The notes beneath the pieces were generated by a model. It saw only the letters and a program-made list of their open reading frames with translations. It searched no databases and had not been told where the DNA came from. From Schmidtea nova (lineage: Eukaryota), in NCBI GenBank assembly GCA_044892505.1, contig CM097882.1, positions 246,636,001 through 246,700,000 of the forward strand: DNA of 64,000 nt, in the 5' to 3' direction. The stretch's first letter is position 1, and each line of letters opens with the position of its first letter. A program made the translations under genes and the position numbers. Of the stretch, positions 19,284 through 32,360 are shown piece by piece.

Positions 19284-20299
19284 ATTTTATTTTCAATGTC
19301 TTTGTTCATGTTGCACGTGTATTGCATTGTCTTTGTTTAAGTTGCATGCGTGTTGCAAAGTCTTGCACGTGTATTGCATTGTCTTTGTTTAAGTTGCACG
19401 CGTGTTGCAAACCTTTCGATGACTAATATTTCTGTTAAAATTATTAATGTTAAAAAAAAATTTGTGTAAAAAAAAAATTTACAATTATAAATTTGGCGGG
19501 AAAAAAAAAATTAAAAAAAAAAATTTTTAAAAATTTAAAAAATTTTTGGCGCGAAAAAATAATTTTTGAAAAAAAAAAAAAAAAAAAAAAATTTAGCCCC
19601 CCCCCGGGGGGGGGGGTCTCGAAAAAATTCTTTGTTTAAAAATTTTTACGCCCACGCATTAAAAAGTTCTTTGTTTAAATTTTTTACGCCCACGCATAAA
19701 AAAGTTCTTTGTTTAAAAAAAAAATTTTAAAAAAAAAAAATTTTGTATGAAAAAAAAAATTGTTAAAAAAAAATTTGTGAAAAAAAAAAAAATTTGTGTT
19801 AAAAAATTTTGTGTTAAAAAATTTTGTGTTGAAAAAATTTGTGTTAAAAATTTTATGTTAAAAAATTTTGTGTTAAAAAATTTTGTGTTGAAAAAAAATT
19901 TGTGTTGAAAAAATTTGTGTTGAAAAAATTTGTGTTAAAAAATTTTATGTTAAAAAATTTTATGTTAAAAAATTTTGTGTTAAAAAATTTTGTGTTAAAA
20001 AATTTTGTGTTAAAAAATTTTGTGTTAAAAAATTTTGTGTTAAAAAATTTTGTGTTAAAAAATTTTGTGTTAAAAAAAAAATTTGTGTTAAAAAATTTTG
20101 AAATTTAAATTTGGCGCGAAAAAAAATTTTTCAAAAAAAAAATTCAAAAATTTTTGGCGCGAAAAAAAAAAAAAAAAAAAAATTGACCCCCCCCCCCCCG
20201 GGGGGGGGGGTTCGGAAAAAAAAAAGTTCTTTGTTTAAAATTTTCCGCCCACGCATTATGACTCATTTCTTTGTGTTTGACTCCACACATCTACCTACT
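18921..20299 (-). repeat. Right terminal inverted repeat (~1.38 kb)
   Basis: Reverse complement of the left end. Confidence 0.9.
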
Positions 20300-20305
20300 T
20301 ACATG
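20300..20305. repeat. Right 6-bp target-site duplication TACATG
   Basis: Follows CTACCTACT and restores the array unit. Confidence 0.95.
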
Positions 20306-20424
20306 ATTATAATGAAAGGATATTTAGCTATAAAATTTACAAAAATGATCAGTTTTTATTTTGTAATCAAATTATAATCCAAATGAAATTTAAGGAATAT
20401 TACTTTTTTTCATTAAACATCGCA

Positions 20425-20946
20425 CTAAATCATAAACTTTGCAAATGATTGGATTGTCATCATTATTTCTTCGAATATAATGAAGAATTTATTAAAGTTT
20501 GCTTTGAGAATATATTTATGAGATTTATCGCATGATTCAATGAGGCCAATTAATATTCTAATGCATTCAAATAGTACAATTGAAGTATTTTCTGGATTAT
20601 GTAGTTCACGATAAAGTAATTTAACAATTGTTTCTATGCTCGAAACTAAATGTATTTTGTCCCTTAATCTTGGAATAAATCTGGCTATTAGTTTCAAATC
20701 TCTCAATTTATTTATAGAGGAACTATCTTTAAGATTGTCAATAGTTCTTCGTAAAGTTTTCGAAGAAGTTGTCATTAGATATTGAGGAATATCGTCTTTG
20801 AAGACAGTCAATGCTGGATTTTCGTGTTTCAATAACAAAGTCAATTGTTGGTTTTTAATATTAGGATTTGGCTGCGGATAAACTCTAACCGTTTTCACAT
20901 TTCCACGGGTAGATACGACTCTAACAGTTTTATATTCAGTAGACAT
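20425..20946 (-). CDS. Array ORF, 173-aa form (ARM/HEAT-like helical protein)
   Basis: ATG-initiated ORF kept open in all copies. Confidence 0.75.
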   Translation of the reverse strand: MSTEYKTVRVVSTRGNVKTVRVYPQPNPNIKNQQLTLLLKHENPALTVFKDDIPQYLMTTSSKTLRRTIDNLKDSSSINKLRDLKLIARFIPRLRDKIHLVSSIETIVKLLYRELHNPENTSIVLFECIRILIGLIESCDKSHKYILKANFNKFFIIFEEIMMTIQSFAKFMI

Positions 20947-22128
20947 TTCAAAGTATAAGTAATTTTGAGTTAACTAATTTTTATTTGGTAATCTAAATAG
21001 AGATTACGTTTTTATTGATTTATATTCTATAACATTTTATTGGTTAAAATGGAAATGCATATTGAACATTACGAGAGAAAATATTGATTGTTACCTTACA
21101 TATTTAGCAGTTTAAAAAATTATAGATCATTGTGTCTTTAATCATTAGAAATTTATCAAATCATTCCTCTCATATTATCTAAACAGTTATTCTCACATTT
21201 TTAATATTACATGATTTTGACCATATTTTGACCATTTTATTGAATTTAATTTAATTACACTGAATTTCTAAAAAATGATATAAAAATCAAATACCATGTT
21301 ACAATCTCGCTTTAATACGTTGCAATGGTTTCCGATTATTTTTTGAATGTTCACGTTTTTGAATTTATCAAAATATATATATTTGAAAAACATTTAACCA
21401 ATAATTTATAGCTTTAGGCAACAAATTTTAGTTTTAATAAATAGCAAGACGAGATTTGAAAAAAAATATTTTATTATTTATATATGTATATAATAAAAGA
21501 TGTCACATATATCACAAGTAATATTTCTAGAAACTACTTATAAGCAAGCTACTAATTATCAAAAAGAAATGGTTAGAAGAATGCGCTGCACCATTTTTGT
21601 CACATAGCAACGGTTGCTAATTCAAAAATCATCAATAAATACACACAAAACGGCTCATTGCCATGGAATTTATTGCAAAAACAAGTACAAGCGTCGAAAT
21701 ATAATCCCTGAGGTGGCCGTTGCTTTCATTACCAAGTAAACACATAGTAATAAATCAATGCGTCGATTTATTTTCACGACTATCGATAACCAAAAACGAT
21801 ATGAACACAAAGACTGACAAGAATTATTTTATAGTTAAAAATTTTCAACAAATAAAAAATTTTCAGCAATGACTTATTTTGTTATTTAATTATAATTTTA
21901 GATATCAACAAACACTAAATACAAACACTAAAAAACTCTAAAAAAATCTCCTTATTTTTGTGATTTTCAATAAATTCAAATAATTAATACAAAGAGTATT
22001 TGATACATGATTATAATGAAAGGATATTTAGCTATAAAATTTACAAAAATGATCAGTTTTTATTTTGTAATCAAATTATAATCCAAATGAAATTTAAGGA
22101 ATATTATTTTTTTTCATTAAACATCGCA

Positions 22129-22650
22129 CTAAATCATAAACTTTGCAAATGATTGGATTGTCATCATTATTTCTTCGAATATAATGAAGAATTTATTAAA
22201 GTTTGCTTTGAGAATATATTTATGAGATTTATCGCATGATTCAATGAGGCCAATTAATATTCTAATGCATTCAAATAGTACAATTGAAGTATTTTCTGGA
22301 TTATGTAGTTCACGATAAAGTAATTTAACAATTGTTTCTATGCTCGAAACTAAATGTATTTTGTCCCTTAATCTTGGAATAAATCTGGCTATTAGTTTCA
22401 AATCTCTCAATTTATTTATAGAGGAACTATCTTTAAGATTGTCAATAGTTCTTCGTAAAGTTTTCGAAGAAGTTGTCATTAGATATTGAGGAATATCGTC
22501 TTTGAAGACAGTCAATGCTGGATTTTCGTGTTTCAATAACAAAGTCAATTGTTGGTTTTTAATATTAGGATTTGGCTGCGGATAAACTCTAACCGTTTTC
22601 ACATTTCCACGGGTAGATACGACTCTAACAGTTTTATATTCAGTAGACAT
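22129..22650 (-). CDS. Array ORF, 173-aa form
   Basis: Tandem copy. Confidence 0.75.
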   Translation of the reverse strand: MSTEYKTVRVVSTRGNVKTVRVYPQPNPNIKNQQLTLLLKHENPALTVFKDDIPQYLMTTSSKTLRRTIDNLKDSSSINKLRDLKLIARFIPRLRDKIHLVSSIETIVKLLYRELHNPENTSIVLFECIRILIGLIESCDKSHKYILKANFNKFFIIFEEIMMTIQSFAKFMI

Positions 22651-23834
22651 TTCAAAGTATAAGTAATTTTGAGTTAACTAATTTTTATTTGGTAATCTAA
22701 ATAGAGATTACGTTTTTATTGATTTATATTCTATAACATTTTATTGGTTGAAATGGAAATGCATATTGAACATTACGAGAGAAAATAGTAATTGTTACCT
22801 TACATATTTAGCAGTTTAAAAAATTATAGATCATTGTGTCTTTAATCATTAGAAATTTATCAAATCATTCCTCTCATATTATCTAAACAGTTATTCTCAC
22901 ATTTTTAATATTACATGATTTTGACCATATTTTGACCATTTTATTGAATTTAATTTAATTACACTGAATTTCTAAAAAATGATATAAAAATCAAATACCA
23001 TGTTACAATCTCGCTTTAATACGTTGCAATGGTTTCAGATTATTTTTTGAATATTCACGTTTTTGAATTTATCAAAATATATATATAATTGAAAAACATT
23101 TAACCAATAATTTATAGCTTTAGGCAACAAATTTTAGTTTTAATAAATAGCAAGACGAGATTTGAAAAAAAATATTTTATTATTTATATATGTATATAAT
23201 AAAAGATGTCACATATATCACAAGTAATATTTCTAGAAACTACTTATAAGCAAGCTACTAATTATCAAAAAGAAATGGTTAGAAGAATGCGCTGCACCAT
23301 TTTTGTCACATAGCAACGGTTGCTAATTCAAAAATCATCAATAAATACACACAAAACGGCTCATTGCCATGGAATTTATTGCAAAAACAAGTACAAGCGT
23401 CGAAATATAATCCTTGAGGTGGCCGTTGCTTTCATTACCAAGTAAACACATAGTAATAAATCAATGCGTCGATTTATTTTCACGACTATCGATAACCAAA
23501 AACGATATGAACACAAAGACTGACAAGAATTATTTTATAGTTAAAAATTTTCAACAAATAAAAAATTTTCAGCAATGACTAATTTGGTTATTTAATTATA
23601 ATTTTAGATATCAACAAACACTAAATACAAACACTAAAAAACTCTAAAAAAATCTCCTTATTTTTGTGATTTTCAATAAATTCAAATAATTAATACAAAG
23701 AGTATTTGATACATGATTATAATGAAAGGATATTTAGCTATAAAATTTACAAAAATGATCAGTTTTTATTTTGTAATCAAATTATAATCCAAATGAAATT
23801 TAAGGAATATTACTTTTTTTCATTAAACATCGCA

Positions 23835-24356
23835 CTAAATCATAAACTTTGCAAATGATTGGATTGTCATCATTATTTCTTCGAATATAATGAAGAATTT
23901 ATTAAAGTTTGCTTTGAGAATATATTTATGAGATTTATCGCATGATTCAATGAGGCCAATTAATATTCTAATGCATTCAAATAGTACAATTGAAGTATTT
24001 TCTGGATTATGTAGTTCACGATAAAGTAATTTAACAATTGTTTCTATGCTCGAAACTAAATGTATTTTGTCCCTTAATCTTGGAATAAATCTGGCTATTA
24101 GTTTCAAATCTCTCAATTTATTTATAGAGGAACTATCTTTAAGATTGTCAATAGTTCTTCGTAAAGTTTTCGAAGAAGTTGTCATTAGATATTGAGGAAT
24201 ATCGTCTTTGAAGACAGTCAATGCTGGATTTTCGTGTTTCAATAACAAAGTCAATTGTTGGTTTTTAATATTAGGATTTGGCTGCGGATAAACTCTAACC
24301 GTTTTCACATTTCCACGGGTAGATACGACTCTAACAGTTTTATATTCAGTAGACAT
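23835..24356 (-). CDS. Array ORF, 173-aa form
   Basis: Tandem copy. Confidence 0.75.
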   Translation of the reverse strand: MSTEYKTVRVVSTRGNVKTVRVYPQPNPNIKNQQLTLLLKHENPALTVFKDDIPQYLMTTSSKTLRRTIDNLKDSSSINKLRDLKLIARFIPRLRDKIHLVSSIETIVKLLYRELHNPENTSIVLFECIRILIGLIESCDKSHKYILKANFNKFFIIFEEIMMTIQSFAKFMI

Positions 24357-25538
24357 TTCAAAGTATAAGTAATTTTGAGTTAACTAATTTTTATTTGGTA
24401 ATCTAAATAGAGATTACGTTTTTATTGATTTATATTCTATAACATTTTATTGGTTAAAATGGAAATGCATATTGAACATTACGAGAGAAAATATTGATTG
24501 TTACCTTACATATTTAGCAGTTTAAAAAATTATAGATCATTGTGTCTTTAATCATTAGAAATTTATCAAATCATTCCTCTCATATTATCTAAACAGTTAT
24601 TCTCACATTTTTAATATTACATGATTTTGACCATATTTTGACCATTTTATTGAATTTAATTTAATTACACTGAATTTCTAAAAAATGATATAAAAATCAA
24701 ATACCATGTTACAATCTCGCTTTAATACGTTGCAATGGTTTCCGATTATTTTTTGAATGTTCACGTTTTTGAATTTATCAAAATATATATATTTGAAAAA
24801 CATTTAACCAATAATTTATAGCTTTAGGCAACAAATTTTAGTTTTAATAAATAGCAAGACGAGATTTGAAAAAAAATATTTTATTATTTATATATGTATA
24901 TAATAAAAGATGTCACATATATCACAAGTAATATTTCTAGAAACTACTTATAAGCAAGCTACTAATTATCAAAAAGAAATGGTTAGAAGAATGCGCTGCA
25001 CCATTTTTGTCACATAGCAACGGTTGCTAATTCAAAAATCATCAATAAATACACACAAAACGGCTCATTGCCATGGAATTTATTGCAAAAACAAGTACAA
25101 GCGTCGAAATATAATCCCTGAGGTGGCCGTTGCTTTCATTACCAAGTAAACACATAGTAATAAATCAATGCGTCGATTTATTTTCACGACTATCGATAAC
25201 CAAAAACGATATGAACACAAAGACTGACAAGAATTATTTTATAGTTAAAAATTTTCAACAAATAAAAAATTTTCAGCAATGACTTATTTTGTTATTTAAT
25301 TATAATTTTAGATATCAACAAACACTAAATACAAACACTAAAAAACTCTAAAAAAATCTCCTTATTTTTGTGATTTTCAATAAATTCAAATAATTAATAC
25401 AAAGAGTATTTGATACATGATTATAATGAAAGGATATTTAGCTATAAAATTTACAAAAATGATCAGTTTTTATTTTGTAATCAAATTATAATCCAAATGA
25501 AATTTAAGGAATATTATTTTTTTTCATTAAACATCGCA

Positions 25539-26060
25539 CTAAATCATAAACTTTGCAAATGATTGGATTGTCATCATTATTTCTTCGAATATAATGAAGA
25601 ATTTATTAAAGTTTGCTTTGAGAATATATTTATGAGATTTATCGCATGATTCAATGAGGCCAATTAATATTCTAATGCATTCAAATAGTACAATTGAAGT
25701 ATTTTCTGGATTATGTAGTTCACGATAAAGTAATTTAACAATTGTTTCTATGCTCGAAACTAAATGTATTTTGTCCCTTAATCTTGGAATAAATCTGGCT
25801 ATTAGTTTCAAATCTCTCAATTTATTTATAGAGGAACTATCTTTAAGATTGTCAATAGTTCTTCGTAAAGTTTTCGAAGAAGTTGTCATTAGATATTGAG
25901 GAATATCGTCTTTGAAGACAGTCAATGCTGGATTTTCGTGTTTCAATAACAAAGTCAATTGTTGGTTTTTAATATTAGGATTTGGCTGCGGATAAACTCT
26001 AACCGTTTTCACATTTCCACGGGTAGATATGACTCTAACAGTTTTATATTCAGTAGACAT
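25539..26060 (-). CDS. Array ORF, 173-aa form
   Basis: Tandem copy. Confidence 0.75.
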   Translation of the reverse strand: MSTEYKTVRVISTRGNVKTVRVYPQPNPNIKNQQLTLLLKHENPALTVFKDDIPQYLMTTSSKTLRRTIDNLKDSSSINKLRDLKLIARFIPRLRDKIHLVSSIETIVKLLYRELHNPENTSIVLFECIRILIGLIESCDKSHKYILKANFNKFFIIFEEIMMTIQSFAKFMI

Positions 26061-27244
26061 TTCAAAGTATAAGTAATTTTGAGTTAACTAATTTTTATTT
26101 GGTAATCTAAATAGAGATTACGTTTTTATTGATTTATATTCTATAACATTTTATTGGTTGAAATGGAAATGCATATTGAACATTACGAGAGAAAATAGTA
26201 ATTGTTACCTTACATATTTAGCAGTTTAAAAAATTATAGATCATTGTGTCTTTAATCATTAGAAATTTATCAAATCATTCCTCTCATATTATCTAAACAG
26301 TTATTCTCACATTTTTAATATTACATGATTTTGACCATATTTTGACCATTTTATTGAATTTAATTTAATTACACTGAATTTCTAAAAAATGATATAAAAA
26401 TCAAATACCATGTTACAATCTCGCTTTAATACGTTGCAATGGTTTCAGATTATTTTTTGAATATTCACGTTTTTGAATTTATCAAAATATATATATAATT
26501 GAAAAACATTTAACCAATAATTTATAGCTTTAGGCAACAAATTTTAGTTTTAATAAATAGCAAGACGAGATTTGAAAAAAAATATTTTATTATTTATATA
26601 TGTATATAATAAAAGATGTCACATATATCACAAGTAATATTTCTAGAAACTACTTATAAGCAAGCTACTAATTATCAAAAAGAAATGGTTAGAAGAATGC
26701 GCTGCACCATTTTTGTCACATAGCAACGGTTGCTAATTCAAAAATCATCAATAAATACACACAAAACGGCTCATTGCCATGGAATTTATTGCAAAAACAA
26801 GTACAAGCGTCGAAATATAATCCTTGAGGTGGCCGTTGCTTTCATTACCAAGTAAACACATAGTAATAAATCAATGCGTCGATTTATTTTCACGACTATC
26901 GATAACCAAAAACGATATGAACACAAAGACTGACAAGAATTATTTTATAGTTAAAAATTTTCAACAAATAAAAAATTTTCAGCAATGACTAATTTGGTTA
27001 TTTAATTATAATTTTAGATATCAACAAACACTAAATACAAACACTAAAAAACTCTAAAAAAATCTCCTTATTTTTGTGATTTTCAATAAATTCAAATAAT
27101 TAATACAAAGAGTATTTGATACATGATTATAATGAAAGGATATTTAGCTATAAAATTTACAAAAATGATCAGTTTTTATTTTGTAATCAAATTATAATCC
27201 AAATGAAATTTAAGGAATATTATTTTTTTTCATTAAACATCGCA

Positions 27245-27766
27245 CTAAATCATAAACTTTGCAAATGATTGGATTGTCATCATTATTTCTTCGAATATAA
27301 TGAAGAATTTATTAAAGTTTGCTTTGAGAATATATTTATGAGATTTATCGCATGATTCAATGAGGCCAATTAATATTTTAATGCATTCAAATAGTACAAT
27401 TGAAGTATTTTCTGGATTATGTAGTTCACGATAAAGTAATTTAACAATTGTTTCTATGCTCGAAACTAAATGTATTTTGTCCCTTAATCTTGGAATAAAT
27501 CTGGCTATTAGTTTCAAATCTCTCAATTTATTTATAGAGGAACTATCTTTAAGATTGTCAATAGTTCTTCGTAAAGTTTTCGAAGAAGTTGTCATTAGAT
27601 ATTGAGGAATATCGTCTTTGAAGACAGTCAATGCTGGATTTTTGTGTTTCAATAACAAAGTCAATTGTTGGTTTTTGATATTAGGATTTGGCTGCAGATA
27701 AACTCTAACCGTTTTCACATTTCCACGGGTAGATACGACTCTAACAGTTTTATATTCAGTAGACAT
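27245..27766 (-). CDS. Array ORF, 173-aa form
   Basis: Tandem copy. Confidence 0.75.
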   Translation of the reverse strand: MSTEYKTVRVVSTRGNVKTVRVYLQPNPNIKNQQLTLLLKHKNPALTVFKDDIPQYLMTTSSKTLRRTIDNLKDSSSINKLRDLKLIARFIPRLRDKIHLVSSIETIVKLLYRELHNPENTSIVLFECIKILIGLIESCDKSHKYILKANFNKFFIIFEEIMMTIQSFAKFMI

Positions 27767-28913
27767 TTCAAAGTATAAGTAATTTTGAGTTAACTAATTT
27801 TTATTTGGTAATCTAAATAGAGATTACGTTTTTATTGATTTATATTCTATAACATTTTATTGGTTAAAATGGAAAAGCATATTGAACATTACGAGAGAAA
27901 ATATTGATTGTTACCTTACATATTTAGCAGTTTAAAAAATTATAGATCATTGTGTCTTTAATCATTAGAAATTTATCAAATCATTCCTCTCATATTATCT
28001 AAACAGTTATTCTCACATTTTTAATATTACATGATTTTGACCATATTTTGACCATTTTATTGAATTTAATTTAATTACACTGAATTTCTAAAAAATGATA
28101 TAAAAATCAAATACCATGTTACAATCTCGCTTTAATACGTTGCAATGGTTTCAGATTATTTTTTGAATGTTCACGTTTTTGAATTTATCAAAATATATAT
28201 ATTTGAAAAACATTTAACCAATAATTTATAGCTTTAGGCAACAAATTTTAGTTTTAATAAATAGCAAGACGAGATTTGAAAAAAAATATTTTATTATTTA
28301 TATATGTATATAATAAAAGATGTCACATATATCACAAGTAATATTTCTAGAAACTACTTATAAGCAAGCTACTAATTATCAAAAAGAAATGGTTAGAAGA
28401 ATGCGCTGCACCATTTTTGTCACATAGCAACGGTTGCTAATTCAAAAATCATCAATAAATACACACAAAACGGCTCATTGCCATGGAATTTATTGCAAAA
28501 ACAAGTACAAGCGTCGAAATATAATCCCTGAGGTGGCCGTTGCTTTCATTACCAAGTAAACACATAGTAATAAATAAATGCGTCGATTTATTTTCACGAC
28601 TATCGATAACCAAAAACGATATGAACACAAAGACTGACAAGAATTATTTTATAGTTAAAAATTTTCAACAAATAAAAAATTTTCAGCAATGACTTATTTT
28701 GTTATTTAATTATAATTTTAGATATCAACAAACACTAAATACAAACACTAAAAAACTCTAAAAGAATCTCCTTATTTTTGTGATTTTCAATAAATTCAAA
28801 TAATTAATACAAAGAGTATTTGATACATGATTATAATGAAAGGATATTTAGCTATAAAATTTACAAAAATGATCAGTTTTTATTTTGTAATCAAATTATA
28901 ATCCAAATGAAAT

Positions 28914-29471
28914 TTAAGGAATATTACTTTTTTTCATTAAACATCGCACTAAATCATAAACTTTGCAAATGATTGGATTGTCATCATTATTTCTTCGAAT
29001 ATAATGAAGAATTTTATTAAAGTTTGCTTTGAGAATATATTTATGAGATTTATCGCATGATTCAATGAGGCCAATTAATATTCTAATGCATTCAAATAGT
29101 ACAATTGAAGTATTTTCTGGATTATGTAGTTCACGATAAAGTAATTTAACAATTGTTTCTATGCTCGAAACTAAATGTATTTTGTCCCTTAATCTTGGAA
29201 TAAATCTGGCTATTAGTTTCAAATCTCTCAATTTATTTATAGAGGAACTATCTTTAAGATTGTCAATAGTTCTTCGTAAAGTTTTCGAAGAAGTTGTCAT
29301 TAGATATTGAGGAATATCGTCTTTGAAGACAGTCAATGCTGGATTTTCGTGTTTCAATAACAAAGTCAGTTGTTGGTTTTTGATATTAGGATTTGGCTGC
29401 GGATAAACTCTAACCGTTTTCACATTTCCACAGGTAGATACGACTCTAACAGTTTTATATTCAGTAGACAT
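28914..29471 (-). CDS. Array ORF, 185-aa form
   Basis: One extra base gives the C-terminus ILHYIRRNNDDNPIICKVYDLVRCLMKK. Confidence 0.75.
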   Translation of the reverse strand: MSTEYKTVRVVSTCGNVKTVRVYPQPNPNIKNQQLTLLLKHENPALTVFKDDIPQYLMTTSSKTLRRTIDNLKDSSSINKLRDLKLIARFIPRLRDKIHLVSSIETIVKLLYRELHNPENTSIVLFECIRILIGLIESCDKSHKYILKANFNKILHYIRRNNDDNPIICKVYDLVRCLMKKSNIP

Positions 29472-30620
29472 TTCAAAGTATAAGTAATTTTGAGTTAACT
29501 AATTTTTATTTGGTAATCTAAATAGAGATTATGTTTTTATTGATTTATATTCTATAACATTTTATTGGTTAAAATGGAAATGCATATTGAACATTACAAG
29601 AGAAAATAGTGATTGTTACCTTACATATTTATCAGTTTCAAAAATTAGAGATCATTGTGTCTTTAATCATTAGAAATTTATCAAATCATTCCTCTCATAT
29701 TATCTAAACAGTTATTCTCACATTTTTAATATTACATGATTTTGACCATATTTTGACCATTTTATTGAATTTAATTTAATTACACTGAATTTCTAAAAAA
29801 TGATATAAAAATCAAATACCATGTTACAATCTCGCTTTAATACGTTGCAATGGTTTCAGATTATTTTTTGAATGTTCACGTTTTTGAATTTATCAAAATA
29901 TATATATAATTGAAAAACATTTAACCAATAATTTATAGCTTTAGGCAACAAATTTTAGTTTTAATAAATAGCAAGACGAGATTTGAAAAAAAATATTTTA
30001 TTATTTATATATGTATATAATAAAAGATGTCACATATATCACAAGTAATATTTCTAGAAACTACTTATAAGCAAGCTACTAATTATCAAAAAGAAATGGT
30101 TAGAAGAATGCGCTGCACCATTTTTGTCACATAGCAACGGTTGCTAATTCAAAAATCATCAATAAATACACACAAAACGGCTCATTGCCATGGAATTTAT
30201 TGCAAAAACAAGTACAAGCGTCGAAATATAATCCCTGAGGTGGCCGTTGCTTTCATTACCAAGTAAACACATAGTAATAAATAAATGCGTCGATTTATTT
30301 TCACGACTATCGATAACCAAAAACGATATGAACACAAAGACTGACAAGAATTATTTTATAGTTAAAAATTTTCAACAAATAAAAAATTTTCAGCAATGAC
30401 TTATTTTGTTATTTAATTATAATTTTAGATATCAACAAACACTAAATACAAACACTAAAAAACTCTAAAAGAATCTCCTTATTTTTGTGATTTTCAATAA
30501 ATTCAAATAATTAATACAAAGAGTATTTGATACATGATTATAATGAAAGGATATTTAGCTATAAAATTTACAAAAATGATCAGTTTTTATTTTGTAATCA
30601 AATTATAATCCAAATGAAAT

Positions 30621-31178
30621 TTAAGGAATATTACTTTTTTTCATTAAACATCGCACTAAATCATAAACTTTGCAAATGATTGGATTGTCATCATTATTTC
30701 TTCGAATATAATGAAGAATTTTATTAAAGTTTGCTTTGAGAATATATTTATGAGATTTATCGCATGATTCAATGAGGCCAATTAATATTCTAATGCATTC
30801 AAATAGTACAATTGAAGTATTTTCTGGATTATGTAGTTCACGATAAAGTAATTTAACAATTGTTTCTATGCTCGAAACTAAATGTATTTTGTCCCTTAAT
30901 CTTGGAATAAATCTGGCTATTAGTTTCAAATCTCTCAATTTATTTATAGAGGAACTATCTTTAAGATTGTCAATAGTTCTTCGTAAAGTTTTCGAAGAAG
31001 TTGTCATTAGATATTGAGGAATATCGTCTTTGAAGACAGTCAATGCTGGATTTTCGTGTTTCAATAACAAAGTCAGTTGTTGGTTTTTGATATTAGGATT
31101 TGGCTGCGGATAAACTCTAACCGTTTTCACATTTCCACAGGTAGATACGACTCTAACAGTTTTATATTCAGTAGACAT
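30621..31178 (-). CDS. Array ORF, 185-aa form
   Basis: Same as 28914-29471. Confidence 0.75.
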   Translation of the reverse strand: MSTEYKTVRVVSTCGNVKTVRVYPQPNPNIKNQQLTLLLKHENPALTVFKDDIPQYLMTTSSKTLRRTIDNLKDSSSINKLRDLKLIARFIPRLRDKIHLVSSIETIVKLLYRELHNPENTSIVLFECIRILIGLIESCDKSHKYILKANFNKILHYIRRNNDDNPIICKVYDLVRCLMKKSNIP

Positions 31179-32360
31179 TTCAAAGTATAAGTAATTTTGA
31201 GTTAACTAATTTTTATTTGGTAATCTAAATAGAGATTATGTTTTTATTGATTTATATTCTATAACATTTTATTGGTTAAAATGGAAATGCATATTGAACA
31301 TTACAAGAGAAAATAGTGATTGTTACCTTACATATTTATCAGTTTCAAAAATTAGAGATCATTGTGTCTTTAATCATTAGAAATTTATCAAATCATTCCT
31401 CTCATATTATCTAAACAGTTATTCTCACATTTTTAATATTACATGATTTTGACCATATTTTGACCATTTTATTGAATTTAATTTAATTACACTGAATTTC
31501 TAAAAAATGATATAAAAATCAAATACCATGTTACAATCTCGCTTTAATACGTTGCAATGGTTTCCGATTATTTTTTGAATGTTCACGTTTTTGAATTTAT
31601 CAAAATATATATATTTGAAAAACATTTAACCAATAATTTATAGCTTTAGGCAACAAATTTTAGTTTTAATAAATAGCAAGACGAGATTTGAAAAAAAATA
31701 TTTTATTATTTATATATGTATATAATAAAAGATGTCACATATATCACAAGTAATATTTCTAGAAACTACTTATAAGCAAGCTACTAATTATCAAAAAGAA
31801 ATGGTTAGAAGAATGCGCTGCACCATTTTTGTCACATAGCAACGGTTGCTAATTCAAAAATCATCAATAAATACACACAAAACGGCTCATTGCCATGGAA
31901 TTTATTGCAAAAACAAGTACAAGCGTCGAAATATAATCCCTGAGGTGGCCGTTGCTTTCATTACCAAGTAAACACATAGTAATAAATAAATGCGTCGATT
32001 TATTTTCACGACTATCGATAACCAAAAACGATATGAACACAAAGACTGACAAGAATTATTTTATAGTTAAAAATTTTCAACAAATAAAAAATTTTCAGCA
32101 ATGACTTATTTTGTTATTTAATTATAATTTTAGATATCAACAAACACTAAATACAAACACTAAAAAACTCTAAAAAAATCTCCTTATTTTTGTGATTTTC
32201 AATAAATTCAAATAATTAATACAAAGAGTATTTGATACATGATTATAATGAAAGGATATTTAGCTATAAAATTTACAAAAATGATCAGTTTTTATTTTGT
32301 AATCAAATTATAATCCAAATGAAATTTAAGGAATATTATTTTTTTTCATTAAACATCGCA

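Larger units (their letters stand above)
1429..20299. mobile_element. Polinton/Maverick (virus-like self-synthesising transposon), apparently complete
   Basis: Ends AGTAGGTAG...CTACCTACT, 6-bp TSD, long TIRs, and pPolB, integrase, ATPase, protease, major and minor capsid genes. Confidence 0.97.

Noticed and set aside
28452-28640. 62-aa hydrophobic ORF repeated in many array units
   Set aside because: Starts at TTG, not ATG; broken by TGA in copies 1-4 and by a 6-bp deletion at 1057-1239; its conservation is explained by array homogenisation
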